A stretch of 64,000 bases of DNA, taken from a virus. The stretch lies in the IMG/VR virus record IMGVR_UViG_3300049178_000049; one strand, given 5' to 3'. Below are positions 27,866-38,821 of the stretch, piece by piece. The translations under genes were made by a program, and so were the position numbers. Position 1 is the stretch's first letter. Each line of letters opens with the position of its first letter. The notes below the pieces were generated by a model that searched no databases, was not told the origin of the DNA, and saw only the letters and a list, made by a program, of their open reading frames with translations.

Positions 27866-28221
27866 TGGAGGCGATCGTTGCGACTCGTCCCGCTGGAGTA
27901 ATCGTAGTCGCTTACGGGGTCGGCGCCGAGATCCACGTGCGCGTGCTTGTCCGTCGCAGCGCAGGGTACACGGCGCACGGATTCACGGGCCATCGCATCC
28001 AGCGCCTGTTTCTCACGCGTCGCCACGCTTCGCGCCTGACGCTCCCGGCGCCGATTCTGGCGCGGCGTGCCAAGCACAGTTCACCCACACGCTACGCCAT
28101 GTCCGATGTCGAGTTGTCGCAGACGACTCGCCCGGCGCATGGCTGGACGCTGGCAAGCGCGGCGCTGATCTTGCTCGTGGTACTGCTGGCGTGCTACGCC
28201 AGCCACGTGCGACCCTGGTAG
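27865..28221 (+). CDS. Hypothetical protein with C-terminal TM
   Basis: Coupled start; TM helix. Confidence 0.5.
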   Translation: MEAIVATRPAGVIVVAYGVGAEIHVRVLVRRSAGYTAHGFTGHRIQRLFLTRRHASRLTLPAPILARRAKHSSPTRYAMSDVELSQTTRPAHGWTLASAALILLVVLLACYASHVRPW

Positions 28222-28462
28222 TCCGGCGCGGTTTCCGTCGATCCTGTCAGGCATGCCGCTGGCAAGATGGACAGACATCGCGACACGCAAACCCTCAAAC
28301 CCTGAAACCTCCTGGAGGTCCGATAATGGAATCGTTCATCGCACAACTTCTGTGGGTAGCCGTAGGAGATTACTACGAAGGCATGTGGCCGCTCGACCGC
28401 GACACTTTCGCTACGCTCTGCGCAATTCAGCACGATCTCAGTTTCCTGTGGGAGATGTAGCC

Positions 28463-28804
28463 ATGGCTCGCCGCAAGCACACCTACATTGCTGCAGTCTG
28501 GCAACGCGACATCGCGTCCGGTCGCGGCAACTATCGCCGTCTCTCCCCAATCCACAACCTCGGCTCCGACCTCACGCATGCTTGTGAGCGGGCCCGGAAC
28601 ATGCTTCCTGTCCCATTCGTAGAGGGTACCGCCTATACGTGGCAGCGGGACCTCGAACATGCTCCGTACGCCGTGATCGAGCGGCGCGAGATGCGGCGAC
28701 TCCCCAGCGGGCGGATCATGCACATCATCGTGGGACGACACGAGTATGTGGAGCCTGAGGTGCGGATCGTCCCTTCCGTGGGTGAACTGGGGTGGACGCC
28801 ATGA
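28463..28804 (+). CDS. Hypothetical protein
   Basis: MARRKHTY; GGAG RBS. Confidence 0.55.
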   Translation: MARRKHTYIAAVWQRDIASGRGNYRRLSPIHNLGSDLTHACERARNMLPVPFVEGTAYTWQRDLEHAPYAVIERREMRRLPSGRIMHIIVGRHEYVEPEVRIVPSVGELGWTP

Positions 28805-29118
28805 TCGATGCAGCCACAATTCACGGCCTGATTGTGCAGTCTGGTCGGCGGCAAATTGCTACGGCGGCAGTGGCGAAAGCCATTCTCAACTCGGGCGCCA
28901 AGTCCTCCGATCTGGAAGATCTGCTGTGTCAGATCGCAGGAAACGCGGCCAACGCGATCTGTAACTCCGTGCACGAAGCGGCATCGGGCGCGCTGTGTCA
29001 CGAGGGGCCCGATGGCTTCTGCACCGCGTGCTGCGTGGAAATGACAGTGTGCGACGTGTGCAACGGGATCGGCTACCACCGCGAGGGATGTACACTGATC
29101 GGAGGGGATGCCCTGTGA
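28801..29118 (+). CDS. Cys-rich hypothetical protein
   Basis: CTACC...CDVC; ATGA overlap. Confidence 0.55.
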   Translation: MIDAATIHGLIVQSGRRQIATAAVAKAILNSGAKSSDLEDLLCQIAGNAANAICNSVHEAASGALCHEGPDGFCTACCVEMTVCDVCNGIGYHREGCTLIGGDAL

Positions 29119-29375
29119 GTCACGGCCTGCAGACCCTGACGAACAGCGCGCGCAATCGCTTGGATCTCGCACGAGAGGCGTGCGCGCACTGGGATTACGA
29201 GAGCGACGGGGAGGGGCATCCGTGCTGCAAGGCTGTACAGGTTGCCCTGGAAGCGTACCGTGACGCTCGCAAGGTGATCCGACGCGCTACCCGTCCGTAA
29301 CGCAAGGCGTGATGCCCGTCGGCGCCTGCAGCATCCGTTGCGGGGTCGCTGGACACCACGACAACCGAGGAAACC

Positions 29376-29981
29376 ATGTCTACCAAGCATGCCAAGCTGA
29401 CCCGCGAATCGCTCGCCAATCTCGCCACCGTGAACCTAGCAAGCGTCGAGCCGGAGACCATCTCGCCCAAGGAGCACTTCGACGACCCCGAGGACGTTGC
29501 GTGGGTCATCGACCAACTCGAGCGCGGCAACGACTGGGCGTGGTGCGATGCCACGGTGACCGCCGAGTACGACGGCCTCACTGGGCGCGCAACCCTCGGC
29601 GCATGCTCGTACAAGAGCGAGGCGGACTTCCGCGAGCACTGCATGCCCGACATGACCAGCGAGGCGCTCGATGAGCTATGGCGCCAGCTCGAGCTCCGCA
29701 CGCCCGCCGGCCGCGCCAAGGCGCTCGCCGCATCGTCGCGCCAGGCCATCACGACCAACTACCGCGGCCCGACCGACAGTCGAGGCTCGCGCGTCATCGC
29801 CCGCTGCGAGGCGAAGCGGATCTCGGTCTCCTGGGATCAGGCGCTGGACGCCGGCGCCAACCACGCCGCTGCAGCGCTGCAACTCATGGATCAGCTCGGG
29901 TGGTCGGAGCGCAACGACCTCGTGGTGGGCGGCACGCGGAACGGCTACGTGTTCGTGCAGGTGCCGAAGGCGAGGCCGTGA
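29376..29981 (+). CDS. Hypothetical phage protein
   Basis: GAGG RBS; high-GC3 codon pattern. Confidence 0.7.
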   Translation: MSTKHAKLTRESLANLATVNLASVEPETISPKEHFDDPEDVAWVIDQLERGNDWAWCDATVTAEYDGLTGRATLGACSYKSEADFREHCMPDMTSEALDELWRQLELRTPAGRAKALAASSRQAITTNYRGPTDSRGSRVIARCEAKRISVSWDQALDAGANHAAAALQLMDQLGWSERNDLVVGGTRNGYVFVQVPKARP

Positions 29982-30161
29982 TGCGTCGCTGCGGCCAGTA
30001 TATCGCCGTCTACCTGTTCTGGCGGTTTTTCGCGTTCGAGACTCACGTCGGCTGCGGGAGTGGTTCTGAATCCCCTCTAGCACACAGGGCCGCTGCGCCC
30101 GTCGAGGCCCCGATCCCGGTCGGGCCCTAGCCGGACTCAACGTCCAAAAGGAGCACACGTC

Positions 30162-30434
30162 ATGTCAATCGACCGCTGCGCCAACGTCAAAACCATCGTC
30201 GAATCCACCATCTCCGCCGGTGACACGGTCGCCGACCAGCCGGAGAGCAACGGGCATTACACTGTCATGGTCGCCACCACAGAAACTCGCGCGAACGACC
30301 TGGCGTTCCGTCTGCAACGCGCGCTGGTGGCGGCGGGGTTCCTCCGCCCGTACATGCGCACGACGATCACCCCGACGGACGGCACCGCGACGCTCGAGTT
30401 GATCGTCGGTGTCGGCGACATCCGGTCACTGTAA
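30162..30434 (+). CDS. Hypothetical protein
   Basis: AAGGAG RBS. Confidence 0.6.
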   Translation: MSIDRCANVKTIVESTISAGDTVADQPESNGHYTVMVATTETRANDLAFRLQRALVAAGFLRPYMRTTITPTDGTATLELIVGVGDIRSL

Positions 30435-30787
30435 GGGCAGACACCCGATCCTTTGAGACAGTCGTAACCAACAAATGGCCCTCATGGAGGGCAGGAAGAG
30501 AGATGGACCATGGGTTCAAAGCGTACGAAGGCACAGGACACCGAGCGCACCGAGTCGATCCGCCATCTGCGGCGCATGCTCAAGCCAGGGGACAACACCT
30601 CATGGTCCCTTGGTACCGAGCGGTACTACGTCGGGTTCGTCGGTCCGCTCCGCAGCGGAACTCGACTCGTCATCCTGCCATGAAACCGCCGCAGCCGAAA
30701 CGTATGCTGCATCCCTGATTCCGCCCCCGCGCCGGAGTATCCCCTTAGAACCTCAACCTACCCACCCAACTGGCAAGAAGATCGCCC

Positions 30788-31231
30788 ATGCACACCCTCA
30801 TCCCGAACCCCGATCCCGCACTCCGCATCCTGTTGCACCGCAGCGGCTCCGGCAGTCTGTTCGTCACCGTAGAGGAACTCGAGACCGACGCCATCGGCAG
30901 CCCCCAATGGCGGCCCGGTGATGACAGCCGCACCGAGAAGATCCGCAAGAGGGCGGCCCTCGCGCTGATCGCGCACGCCAAGCCTTCCGCCGTCAGATCG
31001 ACTGCCCCGGTCGTCCTCGGCACCTGTACGCACGATGCGACCACGTATCGATGCACCACCCATCGTTTGGATGGTGTTCTCGTGCTGGTGATCGAGCACG
31101 AAGATCTGGACGCCGCTGGGATGACCCGGTGGGTCAAGGAAAGCACCGCATCGCTTACCGACTCGAATGGAGAGTCACTCTTCGGACTGGTCGATGCTGA
31201 CAATCTGATCGACTGCCTGTTCAGGGACTGA
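30788..31231 (+). CDS. Hypothetical protein
   Basis: Plausible start and composition. Confidence 0.55.
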   Translation: MHTLIPNPDPALRILLHRSGSGSLFVTVEELETDAIGSPQWRPGDDSRTEKIRKRAALALIAHAKPSAVRSTAPVVLGTCTHDATTYRCTTHRLDGVLVLVIEHEDLDAAGMTRWVKESTASLTDSNGESLFGLVDADNLIDCLFRD

Positions 31232-31379
31232 GTAGGGACCACTGCCACCCCGGTTACCCCCCCCGCCGGGGTACAGGCGAAACCGGCGGCGAGCCAACTC
31301 GGCAGAAACCGAGTGAGGGGTCGCCGGTCTGCGGGATCTGCCCTACCCGCACTGATGATGCCAGGGCCCGAGGACAGTT

Positions 31380-31826
31380 ATGAACAAACACGGTGAACAC
31401 TTGCAAGCCGGAACTCGCGTCGCGGTCGTTGGCGGCGAGCACGCCGGGCGAACCGGGGTTGTGGTGGACCCCATGCCTCTGCTGCGCCCCGCGGTTCCAC
31501 CGCACCTGCTGTCGCAGATGCCCAATGCTGGGCTTTGGACCGGGATGCTTGGCCACGAAGTCGTGTTGCTTGATGCTGAGTCTGGTCAGGCGAACGGTGC
31601 TGGAGGTCGCGGTGGGCGGCGCGTGCTCATCGAGCATGCGCACCTGCAGGTACCGCGATGCCACGCCGCGCCGACAGAGGCAGCGCTACCACCCATCCCC
31701 GAGCCTGGGTTCTACTGGGCGCGGCTCGGTCTCGTCCAGATCGTTGGCGAGGCGGTTGATCGGTCCGACTACTTCGGCGACATCGTAGTGGTCGAGTGGG
31801 GCACTAAGATGGATCCGCCGTCATGA
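31380..31826 (+). CDS. Hypothetical protein, SH3/KOW-like
   Basis: GTRVAVVGGEHAGRTGVV KOW-like pattern. Confidence 0.45.
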   Translation: MNKHGEHLQAGTRVAVVGGEHAGRTGVVVDPMPLLRPAVPPHLLSQMPNAGLWTGMLGHEVVLLDAESGQANGAGGRGGRRVLIEHAHLQVPRCHAAPTEAALPPIPEPGFYWARLGLVQIVGEAVDRSDYFGDIVVVEWGTKMDPPS

Positions 31827-32533
31827 CCATCACCCACCGCTATTACGCCGATGTCACCTACCGCATCCGCCTCATGGTGGAGAGCACCGACACCGAATCC
31901 GCGCAGGAGGTCGCGCGGCGCACCGCGCTCCGGCGCCCCGGGGTTCAGCCGGAACATCTTGCCAGTGTCATCGTGACGCCGCTTACCGAGCTCGAACAGA
32001 AGGAGATCGGCAACCGCCACGCATGGCAAGAGCACCAGGCGCTACGGGATCGGGGCACCTTCGACCAGCGCACGCGATGGTCGTCGTGCATCCTGCCCGA
32101 CGAGGAACTCCTTGGCATCGTACGGACCGAGTTGTTCCGGTCCTTCGGGCTATTCACGAAACGCCGGCAGATGACATTCGCTGACGTTCCACACCCTGTG
32201 GATTTCCGCGGGATTTGGGAGTGTCTACGGGGAACGGCAGCTGGGGTAGTTGGGGTGGCGTCGAAGTCGCTCGCCGACATGGTGACCTGGGAGACGGCCC
32301 CCAACCCGCGCCTCACCGCCCCGGAATACCGCGCACTCCTACGCATTCAGGAGACGGTCGCCGAGATCCGGCGGCATCCCTGGATGCAGGGCACCGGTGG
32401 CGAGCCGGTGTCTGCCGAGGTGCGAGAACACCGGGGGACCTGCAAGAAGTGCGGCGGCATGACCTTCGAGCGGTCGGCCCTGGTCACCATCCAGTGGGCG
32501 GGGCGGTGCCTCAGCAGAGAATATGTGCTGTGA
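31823..32533 (+). CDS. Hypothetical protein with C-terminal Zn ribbon
   Basis: CKKCG; ATGA overlap. Confidence 0.6.
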   Translation: MTITHRYYADVTYRIRLMVESTDTESAQEVARRTALRRPGVQPEHLASVIVTPLTELEQKEIGNRHAWQEHQALRDRGTFDQRTRWSSCILPDEELLGIVRTELFRSFGLFTKRRQMTFADVPHPVDFRGIWECLRGTAAGVVGVASKSLADMVTWETAPNPRLTAPEYRALLRIQETVAEIRRHPWMQGTGGEPVSAEVREHRGTCKKCGGMTFERSALVTIQWAGRCLSREYVL

Positions 32534-32781
32534 TCGGGCTTTGAACCCGACGAGCGTCGTCGCAGAAACTCAAACGTTGGCCAAGGAGTGTTGTCCATGA
32601 CGAAATCAGAAGCGAGAGCCATCGAGCAACGCGCGGGCCGCGCACTTCGCAGCATCGAAGGCACCGGCATGCCTTGGACGAAGATGCCGCAGGAACTGCA
32701 GCAGGAAGTCTTGCAGGCGCTACAAGATGCGCGCAGCGAGGTTACGTGCATCCTCGAGATGGCACAGGCCGAGTTGCACAA

Positions 32782-33210
32782 GTGATCGCCATGACGAACG
32801 CGAGCATCACGAACGAGCAGATCATCGCGCTGCGCGACGGACCGCGAGGACTCGAAGACGAAGCCCTGCGCGCGATCTGCGTCGTCGCGCTACAGGTTGC
32901 CGTTCCGACCGGACTTCACCCGTTCTGTCGCGTCTGCAGCTGGCGCAAGGGTGGACGTGATTCCTGGGACGGCGTGCGCTGCAAATGCAAACTGAGCGCA
33001 CCGCCGTACTTCACTTGCGGCACATGCGGATCGTATGGGCGAGTACCGTACGACCTCGGCACGCAACCTTGCCCGTCGTGTGATGGAAGCGGGCTGGTCG
33101 ATCCATCGCAGATCGCCATCGCGCGCGAGCACTGCGCCGTGGCGTGGAACGCGTGGACAACGCGACCGGACAACACGATGCCAGTTCCCGACGACAACCC
33201 TCGGGTCTAG
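32782..33210 (+). CDS. Cys-rich Zn-finger protein
   Basis: CRVC, CGTC, CPSCDGSG. Confidence 0.55.
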   Translation: MIAMTNASITNEQIIALRDGPRGLEDEALRAICVVALQVAVPTGLHPFCRVCSWRKGGRDSWDGVRCKCKLSAPPYFTCGTCGSYGRVPYDLGTQPCPSCDGSGLVDPSQIAIAREHCAVAWNAWTTRPDNTMPVPDDNPRV

Positions 33211-33641
33211 TACCCCCTCAACGGAGCACCATGCAACTCAACGTCAGCGCCTTGTCCCTGTCCACCGAAGGCGAACCCGCAGCGGCTCGTCGCATCACGG
33301 GCAACCGAGGATGCAACCTGTGGATCGGCGGCGTCGTGCTCACCGGAACCGCCGAGACATTCCGCGAACTCGCGCGTGCAGCCAGCGACGCAGCAGAGAT
33401 CGAGGAAGAGTGCGACAAGCTCAAGAAACAGCCGCATGCATTCGAGCGGTGGTACGTCGGGGATTTGGCTGATCGCATCTGCGGTTTCTGCGGGGAGTCG
33501 CAACACGACCCGCGCCACGTGTTGCGGACAGTTCTGACCGACGGTTGACCGGGGTCGCACCGCATCGGTGATTCTACTATCGCCTCACTTCGCTCCACCC
33601 TTCAGTTGTCACGTTCGATTTACGCTCTACACCGAGGTCGT

Positions 33642-34022
33642 ATGCGCACCCGTGCTCACGAAATCCCCACCGCTCCACTGTACGACGATGAAGTAGTCGT
33701 GATCGACGATCCTGACGAGGGCGCCACCGTCGTGGAGTCGCGCACGATGGTCGGTGTCCCGATCCAGATCAGTCGGAAGGGGACGCTGGATCTGGACATG
33801 ACGCTCCGGCAGCCAGCCGAGACGCACTACTTTGTGCGCGCTGGCTTCGAGAGCGGGGCCCCGACGGACGTGATCGCCGACTCGATCGCGGCTGGCGAGG
33901 AGTGGGTCATCGGGCCTGCGTGCCTGGCGCGCGACAACTGGATCCTTCTGGTCAACCTCTCGGATCCGGCGGTACCAGCTGACCGGCGAATCGCTGCGTG
34001 GCGCCCCATCAAGGTGAGGTGA
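33642..34022 (+). CDS. Hypothetical protein
   Basis: GAGG RBS before MRTRAHEI. Confidence 0.55.
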   Translation: MRTRAHEIPTAPLYDDEVVVIDDPDEGATVVESRTMVGVPIQISRKGTLDLDMTLRQPAETHYFVRAGFESGAPTDVIADSIAAGEEWVIGPACLARDNWILLVNLSDPAVPADRRIAAWRPIKVR

Positions 34023-34994
34023 GGTTTATGGGTTTTAATCGCTCCAGCCTGGAACTGGTCATCCCGGCCGAGGTTACTGCTTTGGTCGCCCAAGCCGAGC
34101 TCGGCCAAGCCACATGGGAGGCCGTTGGGATGCTTGAGAAGGCCCTCATGGGTCTGGTGACCTATCCCACCTACAAGCGCCTCTCCCCTGCGGAGAGGGC
34201 GCGGATCGGCGGCATGAATCAAACCACTGCTCGGCAGAAGATGGGGATCAAGTGACCTTCACACCATCTTACTGACGCGATGGCACAGAGAGGCCGAAAT
34301 CCAGGCGGCGCGCGTCCGCATTTGCACGCTGATCAACGCGCGAACTCCATCCTGAGTGGTACCGTATCTGCAACCAAGGAGATCAACGTGACGACGACGA
34401 AGCATCCTGAGGGGACGCCCCCGGAGGGCGGGGTCCCGCAACCCAAGGCGAGCAAGACGGCCGGGGGCGACGGTACGGCGGCGGTTGGTAGCAACGCCGG
34501 CGGAGGCGGTGGTGGTGGTGGTGGATGGGTCTGGACCGGTTCCAGGGCTGCGCTTCCGACCGGCTCTCCGATGACCAGCGACCGTCCGTGCATCAGCGTA
34601 CGCGGTCTCATGGTGCACGCCGGTGTCAAGGTGACCTACCTTTGCCACATCGCCGGACTGGCGGTGAAGGTCCGCATGGAAGACGGGTCCGAGGAGATCC
34701 TCCACCCGCATTGCTTCCCGGAGTTGCGGCAATGAGCCACTGCCCCGGATGCGAGGCGCGACGCGCCGAGATCGGCGAGTCCGATGAGTTGATCGCGTTG
34801 CGGCGTACCTGCCACGACTTCGTGGCTGCAACCCGTGAACTCTTGGAAGCGACTCGAGAGCATCGGCGCCCCGATGCGCCGGCTCGCCGTGATGCGGAGC
34901 GCAAGCTGGAGATCGCCGACCGCGCACTGGCCGATGCCGCCCGCGCCTACGCGAAGGTGGGTGACGATCCGAAGCCGATCAGCGAAGGAGTTCG

Positions 34995-35657
34995 ATGATG
35001 CGCCAACCATTCCCCCTGCAGTGGCCCGCTGGCTGGGCTCGCACGGAGCCCGACAAGCGCGAGCGGGCTCTGTTCCGCGTGACCCTCACCGAGGGGATCC
35101 ATGACCTTCTGGACGAGCTCCGCCTGATGGGCGCCGCCAACGTGGTCATCACCAGCAACCTTCCCACTGGAAGCAAGGGGTTGCCCTACGCCAACGGCAA
35201 GGCGGACGACACCGGCGTCGCTGTCTGGTGCGTGATCGATGGCGTCGAGCGGGTGTTCCCCTGCGATCGGTGGACAACCGCCGCCGCCAACCTCCGCGCC
35301 ATCGGCAAGACCGTGGAAGCCATCCGCAAGATCGGCGACTGGGGCGCGGCAGATCTGGTGACCCGAGCGTTCTCGGGGTTCGCAGCGCTGCCGCCGGGAA
35401 GCACGGCGGTAGCCCCGAACCCGGGCTCCAACCCCAAAAGGCCCTGGCGCGAGGTGTTCCAGGCACTGGGTAGCGCATCTGATATCTTCGACAGCGTGAT
35501 CCCGGATAGACACCGCGGACTCGTGCTCAAGATCGTGCGTGAGCGGCATCGGGAAGCCATGCGGAAAGCCCACCCGGACGCGGGCGGCACCCACGAGCGG
35601 GCGCTTGAACTCAACGTGGCACTGCAAGAGGCCGAGGCCGAGTTGGGAGGCGTGTGA
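34995..35657 (+). CDS. Phage J-domain protein
   Basis: N-terminal PLQWP.GW.RT domain; C-terminal KAHPDAGG...LN.A. Confidence 0.8.
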   Translation: MMRQPFPLQWPAGWARTEPDKRERALFRVTLTEGIHDLLDELRLMGAANVVITSNLPTGSKGLPYANGKADDTGVAVWCVIDGVERVFPCDRWTTAAANLRAIGKTVEAIRKIGDWGAADLVTRAFSGFAALPPGSTAVAPNPGSNPKRPWREVFQALGSASDIFDSVIPDRHRGLVLKIVRERHREAMRKAHPDAGGTHERALELNVALQEAEAELGGV

Positions 35658-35683
35658 TGCCCGACCCTGAACGAGGAACTCCT

Positions 35684-35971
35684 ATGACGCGCGCGCTCTG
35701 TCTGCTGGCGCTCGCCGCCTGTACCACTGAGCCCGTCTCCGATGTGCCCCGCAGTGAGGCATGTCAGCAGCAGGCCACCGCTTGGTGCGACGTGGTGGCG
35801 CCACGTGCCCCGGGTTGCCCCATCATCTATCGCTACTGGTGCGGCTCGGAAGGGAGCGTCGACAGGGGGGCCCAGAATGCCTGCCTGGAGGCCGTGGCCA
35901 CGATGGAGCGGACCTGGGATGGGTCGTACCCAGTGCCCGACGCCTGCCAGCGTACCTGGGCGGTTCCCTGA
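35684..35971 (+). CDS. Cys-rich lipoprotein
   Basis: Lipobox LAAC. Confidence 0.6.
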   Translation: MTRALCLLALAACTTEPVSDVPRSEACQQQATAWCDVVAPRAPGCPIIYRYWCGSEGSVDRGAQNACLEAVATMERTWDGSYPVPDACQRTWAVP

Positions 35972-36155
35972 CCATGAGCGAGTTCTTGACGCGCGACGAG
36001 CGCATGGATCAGTTGGCGGCACGGGACCACGAGACGGATCACGAGCATGCGGTCAAACTCGCTCGCGCGCTCCTCGGACGAGATGGGGCCAAGTGGCATG
36101 ATATCGACCAGCGCCTCGCCCGTGCCGTGCTGCGGTTGGAACTCGAGATTCCGCG

Positions 36156-37079
36156 GTGACCGCCTACAACGAGAACGACGCCTTCGCAGCCGCTTGGCTG
36201 GAGAGCCTCATCGCCCATGACCACATCGCCCCAGGACAAGTCGACCGCCGTTCCATCGCCGATCTCAGCCCCGCAGATGTCGCTGGGCCTGGACAGCGGC
36301 ACTTCTTCGCCGGAATCGGTGGGTGGTCCCACGCCCTCCGCCTCGCCGGCATCTCCGATGACGCCGACATCTGGACTGGATCCTGCCCCTGCCAGCCGTT
36401 CAGCGACGCGGGCAAGGGGGAAGGAATTCGCGACCCTCGACATCTTTGGCCAGCATGGTTCGCACTCATCGCAGAGTGTCGCCCTCCAATCATCCTTGGA
36501 GAGCAGGTTGCGAGCAAGGATGGCCTCGGGTGGCTCGACGTTGTTTTCGCTGATCTGGAACGATGCGGTTACACCGTCGGGGCGGCGGATCTGTGCGCTG
36601 CGGGCGTCGGTGCGCCGCACGCCAGACAGCGGCTGTACTTCATGGCCTACACCGGCGGCGCGGGACTGGAAGTCGAGCGCCTCGAACATGCACGGAGAGA
36701 ACTCCCGGCCGCTGAACGAGGTGGCGAGGCTGAGCCACTGGCCAACCCCCGACGCTCACGCTCGCGGAACGGTCCAGCCGCCCGAGGGCATGACCAGGGA
36801 GAGCGGAGCGAAGGTCCAACTGACCTTGCACGGAGCGGCGGCGCTATCCCTCCGGGCGCAACTGGCGGATCCTGGGCCGATGCCGATTGGGTCCTCTGCC
36901 GAGACCCAAACGGCGGACCGCCCGTCGCCCGGCCAGTTGAACCCGGAACATTCCCGTTGGTTACAGGGCTACCCGGCCGCGTGGGGCTTCTGCGGGGCTA
37001 CGGCAACTCGATCGTCCCGCAAGTAGCGGCGGAGTTCATCCTGGCTGCCTTAGAATCTATCGCACAGCAGACCGCGTGA
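36156..37079 (+). CDS. C5-cytosine DNA methyltransferase, alpha subunit (motifs I-VIII and X)
   Basis: FFAGIGG, PCQPFS, GEQV, RQRLYF, YGNSIV. Confidence 0.9.
   Translation: MTAYNENDAFAAAWLESLIAHDHIAPGQVDRRSIADLSPADVAGPGQRHFFAGIGGWSHALRLAGISDDADIWTGSCPCQPFSDAGKGEGIRDPRHLWPAWFALIAECRPPIILGEQVASKDGLGWLDVVFADLERCGYTVGAADLCAAGVGAPHARQRLYFMAYTGGAGLEVERLEHARRELPAAERGGEAEPLANPRRSRSRNGPAARGHDQGERSEGPTDLARSGGAIPPGATGGSWADADWVLCRDPNGGPPVARPVEPGTFPLVTGLPGRVGLLRGYGNSIVPQVAAEFILAALESIAQQTA
36217..37026 (+). CDS. Overlapping alternate-frame ORF, probable methyltransferase beta subunit (motif IX); start uncertain (36217, 36277 or 36520)
   Basis: Two WPTP repeats and GQLNPEHSRWLQGYP motif IX-like segment, nested in the alpha gene. 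Confidence 0.7.
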   Translation: MTTSPQDKSTAVPSPISAPQMSLGLDSGTSSPESVGGPTPSASPASPMTPTSGLDPAPASRSATRARGKEFATLDIFGQHGSHSSQSVALQSSLESRLRARMASGGSTLFSLIWNDAVTPSGRRICALRASVRRTPDSGCTSWPTPAARDWKSSASNMHGENSRPLNEVARLSHWPTPDAHARGTVQPPEGMTRESGAKVQLTLHGAAALSLRAQLADPGPMPIGSSAETQTADRPSPGQLNPEHSRWLQGYPAAWGFCGATATRSSRK

Positions 37080-37094
37080 GATGTCGCGATGCCC

Positions 37095-37123
37095 TTGCCA
37101 GTGGAAAGCCTGATGTGCATGAT
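37095..37123 (+). promoter_or_regulatory. Sigma70-like promoter TTGCCA-17-CATGAT upstream of the parB-like gene; its -35 lies inside the 15-bp repeated motif
   Basis: TTGCCA 37095-37100, 17-nt spacer, CATGAT 37118-37123. Confidence 0.55.
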
Positions 37124-37305
37124 GTTCAGGAACGAGATGAGGGTGACACGTGATTTTGCTCCAGCGCGGTCAGGCGCTGGGCCGGCGATGGCAGTAGCCC
37201 GCGAAGTGGCGCATCACCCCGCCGCTGACCGCGAAGGATGACGGCTCCCCTCCCAATCCGCTGTCGTCCCTGCCCCTTTTCTTTCCCACCGACAGGAGAT
37301 CGACC

Positions 37306-38697
37306 ATGCCCAGCCCCGAGTTGTTTCTGGATCCCGATCCGCGTGAAGAAGAAGACTACGACGACAGCGCGCCGGGGTCCCTGGATGAAGATGATGAAGA
37401 TCCTGAGCCTGTGACCTACGAGGACGAGCCTCCCGATGCGGGCCCTGAGGACGCGGAGGACGACTCGGACAGCGAAGAGGAAGAGGAAGAGGCCAACTCG
37501 GAGGAGTTCGACGAGGACGCGGAGGGCCAGGCGATTGTGGACGCGGAGATCGCCGGACGCGCGCCTCGGTGGGTTCGGGCTGGCGATCTGCTGCTCGAGT
37601 ACAAGCACTGGCGCAATCCCCGTACTCTCACGGGCCTCGATCCGATCTCACTGCAGGCGCTCGCGGACGACATTCGCAAGAAGTCCGTCCCGACCGGCAC
37701 ATCGGTGATGGCCGGGATCGAGGAGTCACTCTGGGTGGTCCGTATCGCCAGAGGCAACCAGGTCGACCAACTCGTCATCGATGGGCAACGCCGGATGCGC
37801 GCCCTGGAGTTGACTGATCTGGGAGCGGATGCCTTGGTTCCCGTGCGGGACCGCGAACCCGAACCCGTGACGTGGACCAAGGAACTCGCTCAGCGCTACT
37901 TCGCAGAGGTCCACAAGACCGTTGCGCTTCGCGAGGGCCTCAGCGCGTACGAGCTCAGCGAAAGTGCGCAGGATCTCCGCGCCAGCAACGATCCCGACAC
38001 CAGCAACACCTACACGATGGCCAAGATCGGCGAGATTCTGGGCCGGTCCGAGTCCTGGGTCTCCAAGATCCTGACTGCCCGCAAGTCCGCCAGCGTCAAG
38101 CTGCTGGGCCGCTGGCGCGACGGCGAGATTTCCGAAGAACAGTTCCGCGATCTCGCCGCTGGCTCCAAGGGATCGGAGCAGGACAGCGCCGCCGACAAGG
38201 TGGCCGGCGCTAGAGCCGCGGGCGACAAGGCGGAGGCGCGCCGGTCGGCCAAGGAACAGAAGGAGATCGCCAAACGCGATGCAATGGCCACCCGGGACTT
38301 CGCGAAGGCAGCCAAGGCTGAGGCGAAGGCCAAGGCGAAAGCCGACAAGGAGGCCGTGCGCCAGGCCAAGAGGCAGTCCAAGGGCAGGGGCAAGAAGGGC
38401 CCAGTGGTCAGCGGTCCTCAGTCCGATCTTCCGCTTGCCCCCCCGCCCCAGCCCGAGAAGCCTGCCCAGGCACCGCCCAGTCCCAAGCCCCTGCAGCGCG
38501 TCATCGTGGACGATCTGATCACGATGACCGAGCGGAAACCACCGACGCACGATCTGGTGAAGGGCATCGTCATGGGCATCTTGGTGGCGTCGGGTCGCCT
38601 GGACATGGCGGCGCTGCCCAAGCAGTGGCACCAGTACGTCAACCACGCCACCGGCACCACGCCGTCCAAGCCCGCCAAGAAGCGCAAGGGCAGGTAG
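37306..38697 (+). CDS. ParB/KorB-like protein with acidic N-terminus, HTH and K/A/P-rich tail
   Basis: LVIDGQRRMRA ParB-N motif; HTH MAKIGEILGRSESWVSKIL. Confidence 0.75.
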   Translation: MPSPELFLDPDPREEEDYDDSAPGSLDEDDEDPEPVTYEDEPPDAGPEDAEDDSDSEEEEEEANSEEFDEDAEGQAIVDAEIAGRAPRWVRAGDLLLEYKHWRNPRTLTGLDPISLQALADDIRKKSVPTGTSVMAGIEESLWVVRIARGNQVDQLVIDGQRRMRALELTDLGADALVPVRDREPEPVTWTKELAQRYFAEVHKTVALREGLSAYELSESAQDLRASNDPDTSNTYTMAKIGEILGRSESWVSKILTARKSASVKLLGRWRDGEISEEQFRDLAAGSKGSEQDSAADKVAGARAAGDKAEARRSAKEQKEIAKRDAMATRDFAKAAKAEAKAKAKADKEAVRQAKRQSKGRGKKGPVVSGPQSDLPLAPPPQPEKPAQAPPSPKPLQRVIVDDLITMTERKPPTHDLVKGIVMGILVASGRLDMAALPKQWHQYVNHATGTTPSKPAKKRKGR

Positions 38698-38821
38698 CAT
38701 TCGCGCGGAATCCTCCGCGCAGCGCGACCGGCCGTTCTTCGATGACAATCCGGTCGCGCAACCTTTCGCGGCGGTCTGTCCATCTTGAGATTGGACCGCC
38801 TTGTGTGCCAGGATTCACCGC

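Noticed and set aside
30509-30682. Possible truncated phage gene (..LRRMLKPGD..)
   Set aside because: Resemblance to a known family is from memory only and too short to support
34500-34525. GGT/GGC microsatellite-like runs (also ~62020-62045)
   Set aside because: Ordinary poly-Gly linkers within ORFs
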